Shown piece by piece: positions 1-11,637 of a DNA stretch of 64,000 nt. The notes beneath the pieces were generated by a model. It was given only the letters and a program-made list of their open reading frames with translations, was not told where the DNA came from and did no database searches. The stretch's first letter is position 1; the number at the start of each line of letters is the position of its first letter. Source of the stretch: Blastocladiella emersonii ATCC 22665 (taxonomy: Eukaryota; Fungi; Blastocladiomycota); contig JANHCV010000009.1 of assembly GCA_025594325.1 (NCBI GenBank), positions 434,001 to 498,000 of the forward strand, read 5' to 3'. The translations under genes and the position numbers were made by a program.

Positions 1-2
1 GG

Positions 3-1076
3 GTGGTTCTCAACATGGTCGAGTACGGCGGACAGGTGCGGGGCAAGTATAAGGTACCCCTGGAGCGAAACACCGTCAAAGGTACGGCCGCCCTCGCACC
101 AGGTGTTTTCGATGAGCCAGTCAAGGATACGGATAACTTTGTCGGGGCGGACCTGCTCGAGACCCGGGAGATCGGACAGCGCAAGCGTGATGAAGAATTC
201 ATTGCGAAGAATCTCGACGACGCGCGGCCGGTCAAACGCGAACTCGGTTTCGGTGAGCAGCTCGAACGAGTCCGCGTCCCAGCGGCTCAGCGCGGCGAGA
301 GCGAGATACACGGTCAAGCGGACGGGGAAGTTGCAGTCCGGGTTGAGGGGCAGGTGGTCCTCCCACTGCTTGTTGATTGACATGGCGGACGCACGGGCCC
401 ACGTGAAGAGCGGAAGGTACACGCCAAAGATCGCGTGCGCGTGCTGGGCAGTGTGCATCAGGACAAAACGGAGGACATGGGCGTGGCCGAGGCACGAGAC
501 GTGGACCAAAAGCTGAACGATCGAGGCAACCGGGTTCGTCGTGAAGAGCGGGACACGATCCGCGACCGCTACTTCACGGATCTGCCGGTTCACAAGGGCT
601 TTGACTTGTTCGACGCGCTTCTGCGTGAAGGGCGCATCAGACGTGTGAAGTACGGCAGGAACTGAGTCGAGGAGGCGACGCAGCGCCATGACGATGATGC
701 TTGGAAAATCGGATGGATCGACGGGGCGCGTTGTCTCAGGGCGAGTGTTGCTGCGGACGGGCGCGCGGCTATCAATCTTGCACTGCTCGAGGTACGCGAT
801 GAGGTTGGAGCGCATGCTCAAGTTCCAGCGGCCGCGATACGTTTGAAGCACGTGCGCGGGTGTGGAGATTGAAAACTGCGTATTGATCCAGGCGAGTTTG
901 AGGCGGTTTGCCTTGCTCGGCTCGGCAAGCTCGCGGCTGGCCGAGATCACGCAGAGGCGAGGCATCACGAGAACCACGACGTCGGCAAGCAAGTCGGACG
1001 GCAGATCGTGAAGTCCGAGCGGCTGGTCGGCTGGAGCGGCCTCGGCGTGTTGCGGCGAGTTGCATGAGCTTAACAT
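3..1076 (-). CDS. Divergent member of the F-box-like accessory family; 3' end runs off the left window edge
   Basis: Not in the ORF track because no stop lies inside the window. Manual translation from ATG 1076 gives MLSSCNSPQHAEAAPADQPLGLHDLPSDLLADVVVLVMPRLCVISASREL..KLAWINTQF..TTNPVASIVQLLVHVSCL..HAHAIFGVYLPLFTWARAS..ALSRWDADSFELL..VIRILDWLIENTW. This is co-linear with motifs in the 24.5-26.9 kb and 56.7-59.0 kb proteins. Confidence 0.75.
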   Translation of the reverse strand, partial: MLSSCNSPQHAEAAPADQPLGLHDLPSDLLADVVVLVMPRLCVISASRELAEPSKANRLKLAWINTQFSISTPAHVLQTYRGRWNLSMRSNLIAYLEQCKIDSRAPVRSNTRPETTRPVDPSDFPSIIVMALRRLLDSVPAVLHTSDAPFTQKRVEQVKALVNRQIREVAVADRVPLFTTNPVASIVQLLVHVSCLGHAHVLRFVLMHTAQHAHAIFGVYLPLFTWARASAMSINKQWEDHLPLNPDCNFPVRLTVYLALAALSRWDADSFELLTETEFAFDRPRVVEILRNEFFITLALSDLPGLEQVRPDKVIRILDWLIENTWCEGGRTFDGVSLQGYLILAPHLSAVLDHVENH

Positions 1077-3343
1077 TGCAAGGAAGGGTATGATGATGTG
1101 CGAAAGAGAGCCGACGAGCCTTGACGCGAGCTCCGCGAGCGTGTGAACAGCGCGCCAACGCGTCGCGTCGCGTCGCGTCGGTCACGCGGTGGCGTGATCC
1201 GCACTTGAGTTCTCAACGCGTGACTGTCTCGCGGCGTGTCTCACGCTCACCCTTTCTTGAGGTCCTTGGACCCAAAGTCACACCGGCAGCTATTCTTTCC
1301 CTTCTCTTCATGGTCGCGGGCTAGCTGTTGTCACTTCTGTTACGCGCTCCATCCTACGCCCATGAGTGAAGTAGCCGCCGCAGCCCTCGACTCTCGCGAG
1401 CGCTGACCCGACTCGACGACGTCAAGTAGGTTCACATTGTTGAGAACAGACTCACGGGCGCGTTCGCGCCGCCGCTGAGGCAGTGCTCCATGCGCGTGTC
1501 GAGGCGGACCCTGCGTTGTACAGGCTGCCAAGAGGACCAAGCGTGGGCTGCGAAAACGGCCCGCGGGGTCCTGAGATTGCACGGCACCCCGCTCACCAAC
1601 GATCACGACAATGAACGCAGAGTTAGGGTTCGGTGCCTGTTCCAGCAACAAGCAGGGCCGCAACTGGGTGTTCATCGTCTCGAGGCTGACCTGCCACACC
1701 TTGTCAGCCCACTTTGTAGGATAACGCCCGAAACGGACGACGCGGGGACCTCCGATCCATCGAACATGCACCTTTCTATGAGCCGCGCTGGAGCGGCGCT
1801 GAGTTGGTCAGAGCCCAACCCCTTGAAACCCGTCCAAGCCAGCGGCGTAGGGAGAAATAAGGACAAAGAGAATACAATAATGTAGCAACGTAGAGTGCAA
1901 TGCCGTTCATATACTATCTAGCGTTTACAAGAATTCATCATAGCCCGCGTTGCGGGTTCCGATGTCCCTATCTTGATGTGTTCTAATCATCGGCAAGGCA
2001 CTCGCAGCCGTGGCGAGCGACAGAAGGCCGTCGTTGCTCACGAGAGGATATGGGCATAACTAGCAGAGTATGAGCGGACACCGAGGCGGCCGCCCGGGAG
2101 CAGACGAGACGGCGGCAGCGGTCGGTCGTGGTTGGAAGGGCGGAGTCCAGGTCGGTCGTGCGAAGGCGATGGTCGCCGTCAGACGATAACGGCGTGGAGA
2201 GCGCAGCGGGATGGCGAGGATGGCGTGGCGGACGAGAGGCTGCGACATCCTCGTGCGAGGGAAGACGCGAAGGTTGCCGACGATCGAGAGGAAGACCTGC
2301 CGACAGCAACGGCATGCATGGACTTGCGCTAAGGCTAGGTTGGGCTACATGGCTGAGCATTGGGGGAGCTTTTTGGACGGCCGGAAACCCGATTTTGTCT
2401 CCCGAGCTTCCGCGGCATCAGAGTGTGTTGATCGATCACCACGTGATGTCACACCCGCCGTTTCTGGGCGGGGTCACGCGCTGCGCCACTGCTGCGCCAC
2501 CGCGCGAGTTGGCCGCTGCTCCACGCTTGTTGCACCTCGCTCGCGAGTGAATGAAACTGATGCTAACCTGCTGCAAACACGGTGCGGCGGACGGATATGG
2601 CCGACGTCGCCATCCGTGTCGCGAAACTCTGGTCGCGCGTGGTCGACAAGGGGCGCCGGTAGCCGGATGCATTTCTACGTCCACGCTGTGCTCCCGAAAC
2701 CCGTGTACATGCGGCCGCCACCCGGTGTCGGCGCCGCCGATGACGACGTGTACCGGCTCAACAAGTCGCTGTACGGCCTCAAGGACGCAGGCCGTCACTG
2801 GTACCTGCTCTTTTCGTCCGAGGTCGAGAAGCTCGGGTTCAAGCACACCTCGGCCGACCCGTGCGTGTTCACGCGCCTGCTCGACGGCCGCGTCACCAAC
2901 CTCATCTGCTACGTCGACGACCTCCTGATCGGCGGCGACGATGAGGAGCAGGTCAAGGGTGTCAAGGCCGACCTCGCCAAGGTCTTCGACATCAAGGACC
3001 TCGGTCTCGCTGACTCGTTCCTCAACATGGAGGTGGTCCAGCACGAGGACTAGATCTGGATCGGGCAGACGGGGTACGTCAAGGGCCTCGTCAACCACTG
3101 GGAGCTTGGCAAGACCAACGCGCCGGTGCCCATCTCGCAGCTGCCCGAGTCCGGTATCACCAACACAATGCTCAGGTCGCCCAAGACCGCGGGTACCACG
3201 CTCGACGCGGGTACCCCCGGCGACGACATGTACGACGCGTCGCAGGTCGACATCACGCACTCGACCACCACGCTCGACGCGGACCGCACTCGCGCGTACC
3301 AGTCGGTCCTCGGCGCGCTGCTCCACCTCGCCACCGTGTCGCG

Positions 3344-3446
3344 CCCCGACATCTCGTTCGCGGTCGGCGTCGCGTCCCGCCGCGCGGCGTGCCTGACCCC
3401 GACATCTCGTTCGCGGTCGGCGTCGCGTCCCGCCGCGCGGCGTGCC
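3344..3446 (+). repeat. 53-nt-period direct duplication inside copia pol
   Basis: ccccgacatctcgttcgcggtcggcgtcgcgtcccgccgcgcggcgtgcc starts at both 3344 and 3397. The period of 53 is not a multiple of 3. Confidence 0.95.
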
Positions 3447-4074
3447 CGACTTTCGCAGATCGCAAGGTGCTCAACCAGATCTGCCACTACGTGTCCAACA
3501 CGGCCGACCACGGCCTCAAGTTCGCCCGCAAGGCGCCCATCAACGAGTCGATGCGCTGCTACGCCGACGCCGACTACGCGGGCGACAAGGAGACGTGCCG
3601 CTCGACCACGGGCGTCGTCATCTCGATCGCGGGCGCCGCCGTCGCGTGGATGTCCAAGCGCCAGCCATGGGTCGCGCTGTCCACGGTCGAGTCGGAGCTC
3701 AACGCCGCCACCGAGGCGACGCGCGAGGTCATCTGGATCCGCGACCTGCTCGAGCAGATGACGCACTCCGAGATCAACCCGCCCGTCCTGCTCGAGGACA
3801 ACGAGCCGCTGATCGCCGTGACTCGAACCGATGCCGTGTGCCGCTCCGTCAAGCACATCTCGGTCCGCATCGAGTTCCTCCGCGACAAGGTCAAGCGCGG
3901 CATCATCTCGCTCCAGAAGGTCGCGTCGGCGCTCAACCTCGCCGACTTCTTCACCAAGGCCATTGTCGACGCCAAGGCGTTCCAGTGGGCCGTGTCCAGT
4001 CTCGGCCTCGTCCCGCGGTCGCTCATCCACGAGCACGCCGAGTCCGACGCGTAAGCTCGACTCGCCCGGCGGTC

Positions 4075-4383
4075 GGGGGAGAGTTCAAGTACACGTGACC
4101 GCGTTGCGCCACAGTCACCGGACGCGTGCGACCCCGCCCGCGTCACGCGCGTCACGCGCACCGCGCCGATCTCCCTTTGTCATCGCCGCGGACCGCCTCA
4201 CCTCACCGAGCGACGCGTCGGCCCGCTCACATCGGACGACGCGCCTCCGCATCCCCTCTCTCTCTTGTTCCTTTGACCAGTTGCTAGTATTAGCCACCAC
4301 ATACAGCCTGTTGTCCTCTCGTGAATCCCCTCACTGTCTCCTCTCGTGAACCTCTTCACCGTCCCCTCTTGTGAACCTCTTCA
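4075..4383 (+). repeat. Polypurine tract (GGGGGAGAG, 4075-4083) and putative 3' LTR
   Basis: The purine run lies 20 nt after the RNase H stop (4054). It is followed by ~300 bp of non-coding sequence ending in a duplicated ..GTGAACCTCTTCA. The canonical 5' TG is not seen, so boundaries are approximate. Confidence 0.5.
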
Positions 4384-4852
4384 CCGCCTCGATCTTCTAC
4401 TCCGCCAAGATCGCACGTCCATCGTGCCGAGTTTCCTCCCAGTCGAGTACGCTCCAACTCGCACGTCCAGCTGCTCGTCTGCACGATCACGGTCCCGTTT
4501 AAGGCGGGGATCGGGTACTGGCTGACATTCGAAACCTCGGTCTTTAATCTGGGTTACTTTGGCACCGCGGTCGCGCGGGCGGCGTGCGAGTGGATCGGCC
4601 TGCTCCTGACGGTGTTCTACATGTTCCACGTCGACGGATACCAGCGGTGGAATCCGTGGTAGAAGAAGAAGAAGAAGAACTGTTTGTTATCATCCGGCTA
4701 ATTTGACTGACCTTCATGGAGAGGAGAATCCGCGTTGCGCCACACACGTGTGGGGCGCGACGCGACCCGAGCTCAGCACTCTCGCGAAAACCAAGCAAGC
4801 AATGATAGGAAGTAAATCGTCCACATGTATTCCAAAACTAGCCACAACCACT

Positions 4853-7800
4853 TCAGTGCGTGCGCGAGTCCTCGACCAGCTTGGCAAAGAGACTCTCGGG
4901 TCGCTGCAAGAGCACCTCGGGCGTGTCGAACTCGGCCACCTCGCCGTGGTCGAGGACTAGGATCATGTCCGAGTCGATAATCGTGCCGATGCTAATATTG
5001 CGCGGTCACGGATTGTGAGTAATCGGGCCGCAGTACCGCACGCGAGGCGAGCAAACGCACCGGTGAGCGATCGTGAGCACGGTGCACCCCGCAAACTCCT
5101 CGCGGATCGTCTTCTGGATGATCGCGTCCGTCTCGGCGTCGAGGCTCCCACTCGCCTCGTCGAAGATGACGACGCGACGCTTACGCAGGATGGCCGCCGC
5201 GAGCGTGAGGAGCTGGCGCTCGCCGCTCGAGAAGCTGGACCCGCCCGCGGCGACGGCAGCGTTGAGCTTCCCCTCCAAGTTGGCGACGCGGTCCTGCATG
5301 TGCGAGAGCTCGAGCGCGCACCAGATGGCCGCGTCGTCGTACTCGGCGCGCGGGTCGAGGTTGTCGCGCAATGTGCCCTCGAAGAGCTGCGGGTCCTGTG
5401 GGATGATGCACAGGTGCGAGCGCAGGTCGGCCAGGCCCAGCGTCGACAGGTCCGTGCCGTCAATCGAGATGCTGCCGCCCGTCGCCTCGATGATGCGGAA
5501 CAGGGCGAGCGTCAGCGACGACTTGCCCGCGCCAGTGCTAGTGAAACGGTCGGGAAGGTCAGCGCCACGTCCAGAAGGAAGTATGACTGTTGAAAGCGTA
5601 CCGCCCGACGATACCGACGCGCGTACCAGGTGCAATCGAGACGTTGATGCTGCGCAGGACGGGCGGGAGCTCGGGGCGGTACGTGGTCGAGTAGTCGGCG
5701 AACTCGACGGCGCCGGCGACGGGCCAGTCGGCGGGGAGCACGACGTCGGTCTTGGCCGCGGCCTCCTGGTCGATCTGCGAGTACTGAAGGACGCGCTCGA
5801 CGGCGACCATTTCTACAACCGCTCGCGTCAGCACCTCGACCATCCGTTCTTACACGCGAAAAACGCACCGCTCTCCATCTGGCACGCGACGTTGACAATG
5901 ACGCGGAACGACCACACGAGCCCCTGGGCCTGGCTGAGGGCGAGCCCGATCATGGCCGAGGTGGCGGTACCGCGCGTGAACACGGCGGCGAGCCCCACCG
6001 CCAAAATGAACAGCGACGCGAGCGCGGCCGAGTTGACGGCGAGCCAGCGGCCGAGGGACATGGACAGGTACCGCGCGCGGTTGTTGCGGTCGATGGCGTT
6101 ACTGAGCTGCTGCGCGTAGTACTCCTGGACAGCGTACGCGCGGATCGAGACGAGGCCGTGCAGGGACTCCTCGAACCGTTGGTACACTGGCGCGATGGTC
6201 GCGCTGTCCATGCGCTTGAGCTCGCGGCTCGCCTTGAGGAAGTAGACGGCGAGCTGGTACAGCAGGGCGACCGCGAATGGAACGACGATGAGCGCCATGG
6301 GCGCCGAAACGCCGATGATGGCGAAGGTCGCGAGGAGCATGCCCGCGTTGAAGATGAAGTTGATCAGCGCCATCGGGATCGACTCGTCGATGGCCGTGAT
6401 GTCGGACGAAAAGCGGTTGACGATGCTACACGCGAGGACGCGCACACAATGTCAGAACGAGCGCCACGCGAGTCGACGAAACGAACAAACGCACCGTCCA
6501 GCGGGAACGACCGTGAACCACGCCATAGGCGCGCGCATGACGCGCGTGATGAGCCCGGCGTGGAGGTTGCGCGACGCGTTGATGGACATGTACGCGAGCG
6601 ACGTGTACGCGACGACGGCCATGACGAGGATGTTGGACCCGGTGAGGCCGCCGTACACGCCGAGGTAAAACACGAGGTCAGCGGGCTTGTCGGGCGTCGC
6701 GTCGTTGATGGCCGACGACATGACCTGCAACCAAAAGCTGTGCAGCGCCATGATACCGATGCCGATGACGAAGCACGGCACGAACAGGATCAGGCCGCGC
6801 TTGCCGCACGCCGCCAGGTAGCTGCGGTACACGGCCCACGTCACGGTGCCCGTCAGCGAGTCGTCGTCGACCTGCTGCGCGGCCGCCGCGGGCGTCGCGA
6901 CGTCGGCGGGTTTGGAATCGTCGGCGCGCGACGCGTCGTCCTTGGTCGAGATCACCGAGTCCTCGCGCGCCAGCGTCACCGGCTCGTCCGCGCCGCCGTC
7001 ACGTTCCACATCGCCGGCGGCGTCCTTGGTCAAGTACTCGGCCACGAGCTTGGCGACGGCGCCGCCGAGGTCCATGAGCTGGTCGAAGGTGCCGTTCTCG
7101 GCGATCTCGCCGTCCTTGAGCAGCACGACCTCGTCGCACTGCGACAGGTGGTGGACGCCGTGCGTGACGAAAATGACCGACTTGCCGCGGAGCAGGCCGC
7201 GCGGGCCGAAGACGCGCGAGAAGATGTGCTTGTCGGAGACGCTGTCGACGGCGGAGAGGACCGAGTCGACGAGCAGGATCGAGCTCCTCGAGTACACGGC
7301 GCGCGCGAGCGAGATGCGCGCCTGCTGGCCGCCCGAGCACTACGCGATTCGGACACGCATTTGTCAGCCTTCACCCTCAAACCTCCGCACCACACCGCAA
7401 AAACGTACCGTGACCCCCTTATCCCCAATCACCGTCGCGTCGCCATTGACCATGGCCTTGATATCGGGCCCGAGCGCGCACGCCTCGACGACCGTGTCGT
7501 ACCACTCCTGGTCGAACTCGGAGCAAAACACAATGTTCTCGCGCAGCGTGCCGTTGAAGATCCACGCCTGCTGCGGCACGTAAGCGACCGACCCGCGCGC
7601 CGCCACCGACCCGCGGAGCTTGCGCATCTCGCCCAGGATCGCGTGCAGGAGCGCTGACTTGCCCTGGCCCACGCGGCCCACGACGGCCGTCAGCTTGCCG
7701 CGGGCCAGCGTGAAGTTGATGCCCTTGAGCTCGAACGCGGCCGGGGTGTCGACCTGCTCGTTGTCGTCGGCGGTCGTCTCGTCGTCGTCCTTCTTGGCCG

Positions 7801-9724
7801 CGCGCTCCCACTGGAAATGGCCGTCGGTGATCTGGACCGCGAACAGCGACTCGTTGTCGCCCTCGGAGCGGTCGACGGCGGCCGGGTCAATCTCGCCGAC
7901 CGCGAGAAACTGGCCGATGCGGCGGTACGAGACGAACGCGGTGCCCGCGGCGCCAATGACGTTGAAGATGTTGTTGAGCGGGAGCAGGAGGAGATTGAGA
8001 TACGACATGGAGACGAACATGCGCTGCGGCGTGAGGGGCTTGTCGGCGGGCCCGATGAGCGCGTACGACACGAAGGTGAGGAGGAAGACGAGGATGTGCG
8101 TCGAGTTGGAGACGCCGATGACGACTGACAGCGCCTGCCAGAGTCGGCGCAGCGCGGCCTGCTCGGTGTCGCGCAGGGCGACGAGCTTGCGCTTGAAGTA
8201 GTCCTCGAGCCCGTACAGCTTGACCGTCTTCATGCCCGAGATCACCTCGTTGAGCAGCTTGATGCGCATGTCTTTCGCCGCGAGGTTGACCTTGTTCTCG
8301 CGCACGTAGATCTTGGTGTACACGCTCGTGATCGGCGTGACGACGAACATGGCGAGCAGGCCCGTGAACGCCGAGACGCCGAGCAGGTCCCACAAAAAGT
8401 ACAGCGACAGGCCGATCGTGACGGGCATGCTCCACACGTCGGTCTGCTGCAGGAACGCGACCACCTGGCTCGTGTCGACGGCCATGCGGTTCACGATCTC
8501 CCCGACCGACGACCCGCCGCGCGCCGTCAGCGACAGAACCAGCGCCTTGCGGTAGATGGCCGTCATGAGCACGGTCCGCATCCGAAGCTGCAGCTTGGTC
8601 ATGAGCTGCACGCAGTACGCGCCCGAGATGGTGACGAGGTTGGTCGCGATGAACAGGCCGATCGCGTAGGTGAGCCCGTCGCCGAGCGGCGGCGGCGCCG
8701 CGCTGCCGGCCACGGCTGTGGCGCGCACCGAGCTCTGGTCGACAAACCCGATGAGGCCCGACAGGAACACGGGGCTGAGGAAGTTGAACCCGACGTACGC
8801 GAACTCGGCGACGACGCCGAGCGCGAACGTGGTCCAGAACCGCCGGATGACGCCGAACGTGAGCGCGTGGACCGCGGCTGTCTTCTTCCCGTCCTCGCCC
8901 GACCGCGACCGCGCCAGCAGCGACTCGTAGACGGGCGTGAGCCGGCGCACGGTCAGGAACCGGGACGTGTCGTAGATATCGTCCATGGTGATGGTCCTGC
9001 GGTTGGCGAGGCGCAGGACCGGGAGGACCCACGCGAAGGTGACGCGCGAGAAGACGGACGCGTTGTTTTCGGGCAGGTCGTTGGGCGTCGACCGCGACGC
9101 CGCGGGTACCGCGACCGCGATGGTTCCCATGAGCGAGACGAGCGTGCCGGCCAGGGACAGGTAGTAGAAGACCGGGTCCACGTCGTCGCCGAGGCGGCTG
9201 TACGTGCGCAGCGCGAGCGCGTCCGTGATGCTGCGCGCGAACCAGAACGCCGTGATGAGGGCCGATGGCGCGGGGACCTTGGTGTGCTCGAGCCACTGGA
9301 CGGGGATGGCGAAGAGCTACGAGACGCGTGGAGGTGATCGGGATCATGATCAGTTTCACGCTTAGCCCCGCACTGCACGCACACAGAAACGTACCAGCGC
9401 AACCGCTGCGCCGAGCTGCGACACGAGCAAGCTCACATCCACGCCCGGCCCCGCCGTAGCTGCGACGACCGCCTTGGCCACCGCCAACCCCGCGGCAACG
9501 AGCAGGAGCGCGACCTCGAGGTACAGCCGCGCGTCAGCGGCCGGGAACCGCGCGGAGCGCTTGGCGAGGAACGCGAGGCGCGGGACACCGACGGCGAACA
9601 CGAAGAGCGAGGGCACATTGAGCAGGATCGCCTGGTGGAAGCACGGGGTGAAGTCGACGGCACCGCCTGACGCGAGGACGGCGAATTTGGCGTTGCCGCC
9701 GCCGCTTGCGGGGCAGAAGGGCAT
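4853..9724 (-). CDS. ABCC/MRP-type full ABC transporter (TMD0-TMD1-NBD1-TMD2-NBD2), about 6 introns
   Basis: Start [29 protein letters not shown] linker. NBD1 Walker A GRVGQGKS with [21 protein letters not shown]2 [39 protein letters not shown] and FDEASGSLD. Short GT..AG introns near 9.33-9.39, 7.34-7.41, 6.43-6.49, 5.82-5.87, 5.54-5.60 and 5.0-5.06 kb. Stop TGA at 4853-4855. Confidence 0.95.
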
Positions 9725-10268
9725 GTTGCAGGGTGCTAATTCGAGGAGCGAGCGAGGGAGGGAGAGCGAGAGCGCCGCGGCCGGGTTTTGACCGGAAGAT
9801 CTGGCGAACAGGGACTTTGGCGCGCGCGTGCGGGGACGGGCCGGGCGCAGGGCCGGCGGTGGCGGCGCGGCGGCGGTGCCACCGGGTCGCGGCCTTGCCT
9901 CAGGCGTGCGCGCGCACGTCGATTGCCGCGACCTTCGGCCTTCGGCATCACGCCCGGACCCGGCTTGATCGCCGCCGCCGTCGAGCTGTGTGTGACTCAA
10001 AGGCTCCAGACGACGTCGACCAAGTCGAGGAGATCCTCGGCGAGCATGTGGGGTGTGTGGCGCAGCGCGTCAGTCAGGCATGGCCGCGGTCGGGGCCACG
10101 AGGGCAGCGGCGCCTCCAGTTTGCGTGAGCCGCTTCGCCCAAGCTCAACGCTCAGAAGAGGACGCCAAGCAGAGAGAACGAAAGATGTAGGACGCAAGTG
10201 TGCATCTCTATTCCACTATACACTCGGGATGGGGAACACTACTACTAGAACAAGTCTGCGCTCTCCAC

Positions 10269-11360
10269 TTAGAGCATGAGGGCAATGGCGCCAACGGCCG
10301 CGAGGACGACCGCGGCCGCAGCGTTAGTCGCGGTGGCGGCCGAAGTACCCGCGGGCCCAGCCTTAGCGGTCGTGGTCGTGTTAGGCGCGGCGCCCGTGTT
10401 GGAGGTGCCGTTGTTGACGGACGCGATCTGGTCGGGGAACACGACAAAGTCGATCCCGAACAACACGCCGTTGTTGGTGAAAATGTCCTTGGAAATGATG
10501 TTGATGTTCTTCTCGACCGTGATCTTATCGCCGTCGACCTGGACCGCGAGGTCGTGGCCGTGGATCGTCGGGACGGAGCGCGACTGGAGCCCCGCCGAGT
10601 ACGCGATGACGCCGGGCGAGATGTGCGTGGAGACGAGCGCCTTGAGCTGGCTGTCGCTGAGCTTGGCGAGCGCGTCCTTGACCTTATCCATGGCCGCGTC
10701 CGTCGGGATAAAGCCCGTGGTGTCGCCCTGCTTGTCAACGGTGGCGTCGAGCTTGGCCTTCTTGAGCAGCGCCGCGAACTGGGTGAACTTGGCGTCGCCG
10801 AGCGTGTCGGTGAAGCCCTTGGCGGGGAGCAGGACCTGGTCGATGACGTGGATGATCGAGTTGCCCGACTTGAGCGAGTCGACGACCTTGGCCTTGACGC
10901 CGGCGCTGCCGACTGCGACCGTCACGTCGTTGCCGTTCTTGGCGACCGCGAGCGCCTGGCCGCGCGCCGACGTCGGCGAGAAGGCGACGTAGGGGGACCC
11001 GATGCGCCGCAGCTGCGTCTGCACGATCTGGAACGCCGCGAGGTTCTCGGCGTAGATGGGCCCCGTGACGAGGTGCAGGGACAGGAGGTCGCCCAAGATA
11101 GCCTTGTCGGAAGGCACGTCGGCGAGCGCCTTGAAGGCGGCGTCGGTCGGCGCAAACAGCGTGAGCGGCTGCGCGCCGCCGAGCGTGGCCTCGAGGTTCT
11201 GGTCCTTGACGAGCTTGGCCAGCGTCTCGGTCCGGTAGTTTTTGCCGTTGGCGCCGCCCGACAGCGCCGCCAGGTTCTGCGCAATCGTGTTGGTGTCGGA
11301 CTGCGCCGCGACGACCGCGAGCAGCGCTGCCGCGAGGAAAATGGTGAGATGCGCCCGCAT
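10269..11360 (-). CDS. Secreted, probably GPI-anchored fasciclin (two FAS1 domains) protein
   Basis: Signal peptide MRAHLTIFLAAALLAVVAAQS. H1 motifs TLFAPTDAAF and TGFIPTDAAM; H2 motifs IIHVIDQVL and VLFGIDFVV. Thr/Ala stalk and a hydrophobic C-terminus. Confidence 0.92.
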   Translation of the reverse strand: MRAHLTIFLAAALLAVVAAQSDTNTIAQNLAALSGGANGKNYRTETLAKLVKDQNLEATLGGAQPLTLFAPTDAAFKALADVPSDKAILGDLLSLHLVTGPIYAENLAAFQIVQTQLRRIGSPYVAFSPTSARGQALAVAKNGNDVTVAVGSAGVKAKVVDSLKSGNSIIHVIDQVLLPAKGFTDTLGDAKFTQFAALLKKAKLDATVDKQGDTTGFIPTDAAMDKVKDALAKLSDSQLKALVSTHISPGVIAYSAGLQSRSVPTIHGHDLAVQVDGDKITVEKNINIISKDIFTNNGVLFGIDFVVFPDQIASVNNGTSNTGAAPNTTTTAKAGPAGTSAATATNAAAAVVLAAVGAIALML

Positions 11361-11637
11361 GATGAAGTGTTGATGTGGGTGAGAGAGCATGGGCGGGCGG
11401 AGGGCCGAATCCGTGCCCTTTGAAGCGCGTAAGGAAAAAAAACGGTCGGCGGGCCGGCCAAGCCCGGCGACAGGCCCGAACGACGCCTCAGCGGTGGCTT
11501 GCCGTGAGGGTGGCGCAACTCGCTTGATGAACGAACGATCAATCACGGGCCACGTGGCCCTATGCGCCGATCGCGTGCGCATGAACGCCTTCCCTCGCCA
11601 CACATGTGCTCGACTCAGGGACGAGGAAACGCGCTCT

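Larger units (their letters stand above)
2640..4383 (+). mobile_element. 5'-truncated, decayed Ty1/copia LTR retrotransposon (RT C-terminal part, RNase H, PPT, probable 3' LTR)
   Basis: RT motifs VYMRPPPG, LNKSLYGLKDAGRHW and ICYVDDLL. Copia RNase H motifs CYADADYAGD, ESELNAATE, LEDN, KHISVRIEFLRD and NLADFFTKA. In-frame TAG at 3051-3053. A frameshifting 53-nt duplication at 3344-3446. No gag or integrase upstream. Confidence 0.93.

Noticed and set aside
1340-1771. 143-aa minus-strand ORF
   Set aside because: No motif, weak codon bias, and no support from neighbouring frames.
3051-3053. Programmed stop-codon readthrough in copia pol
   Set aside because: The stop lies mid-RT in an element that is also truncated and frameshifted. 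A simple nonsense mutation is more parsimonious.
4661-4679. (GAA)n microsatellite
   Set aside because: Short, ordinary simple repeat in intergenic DNA.
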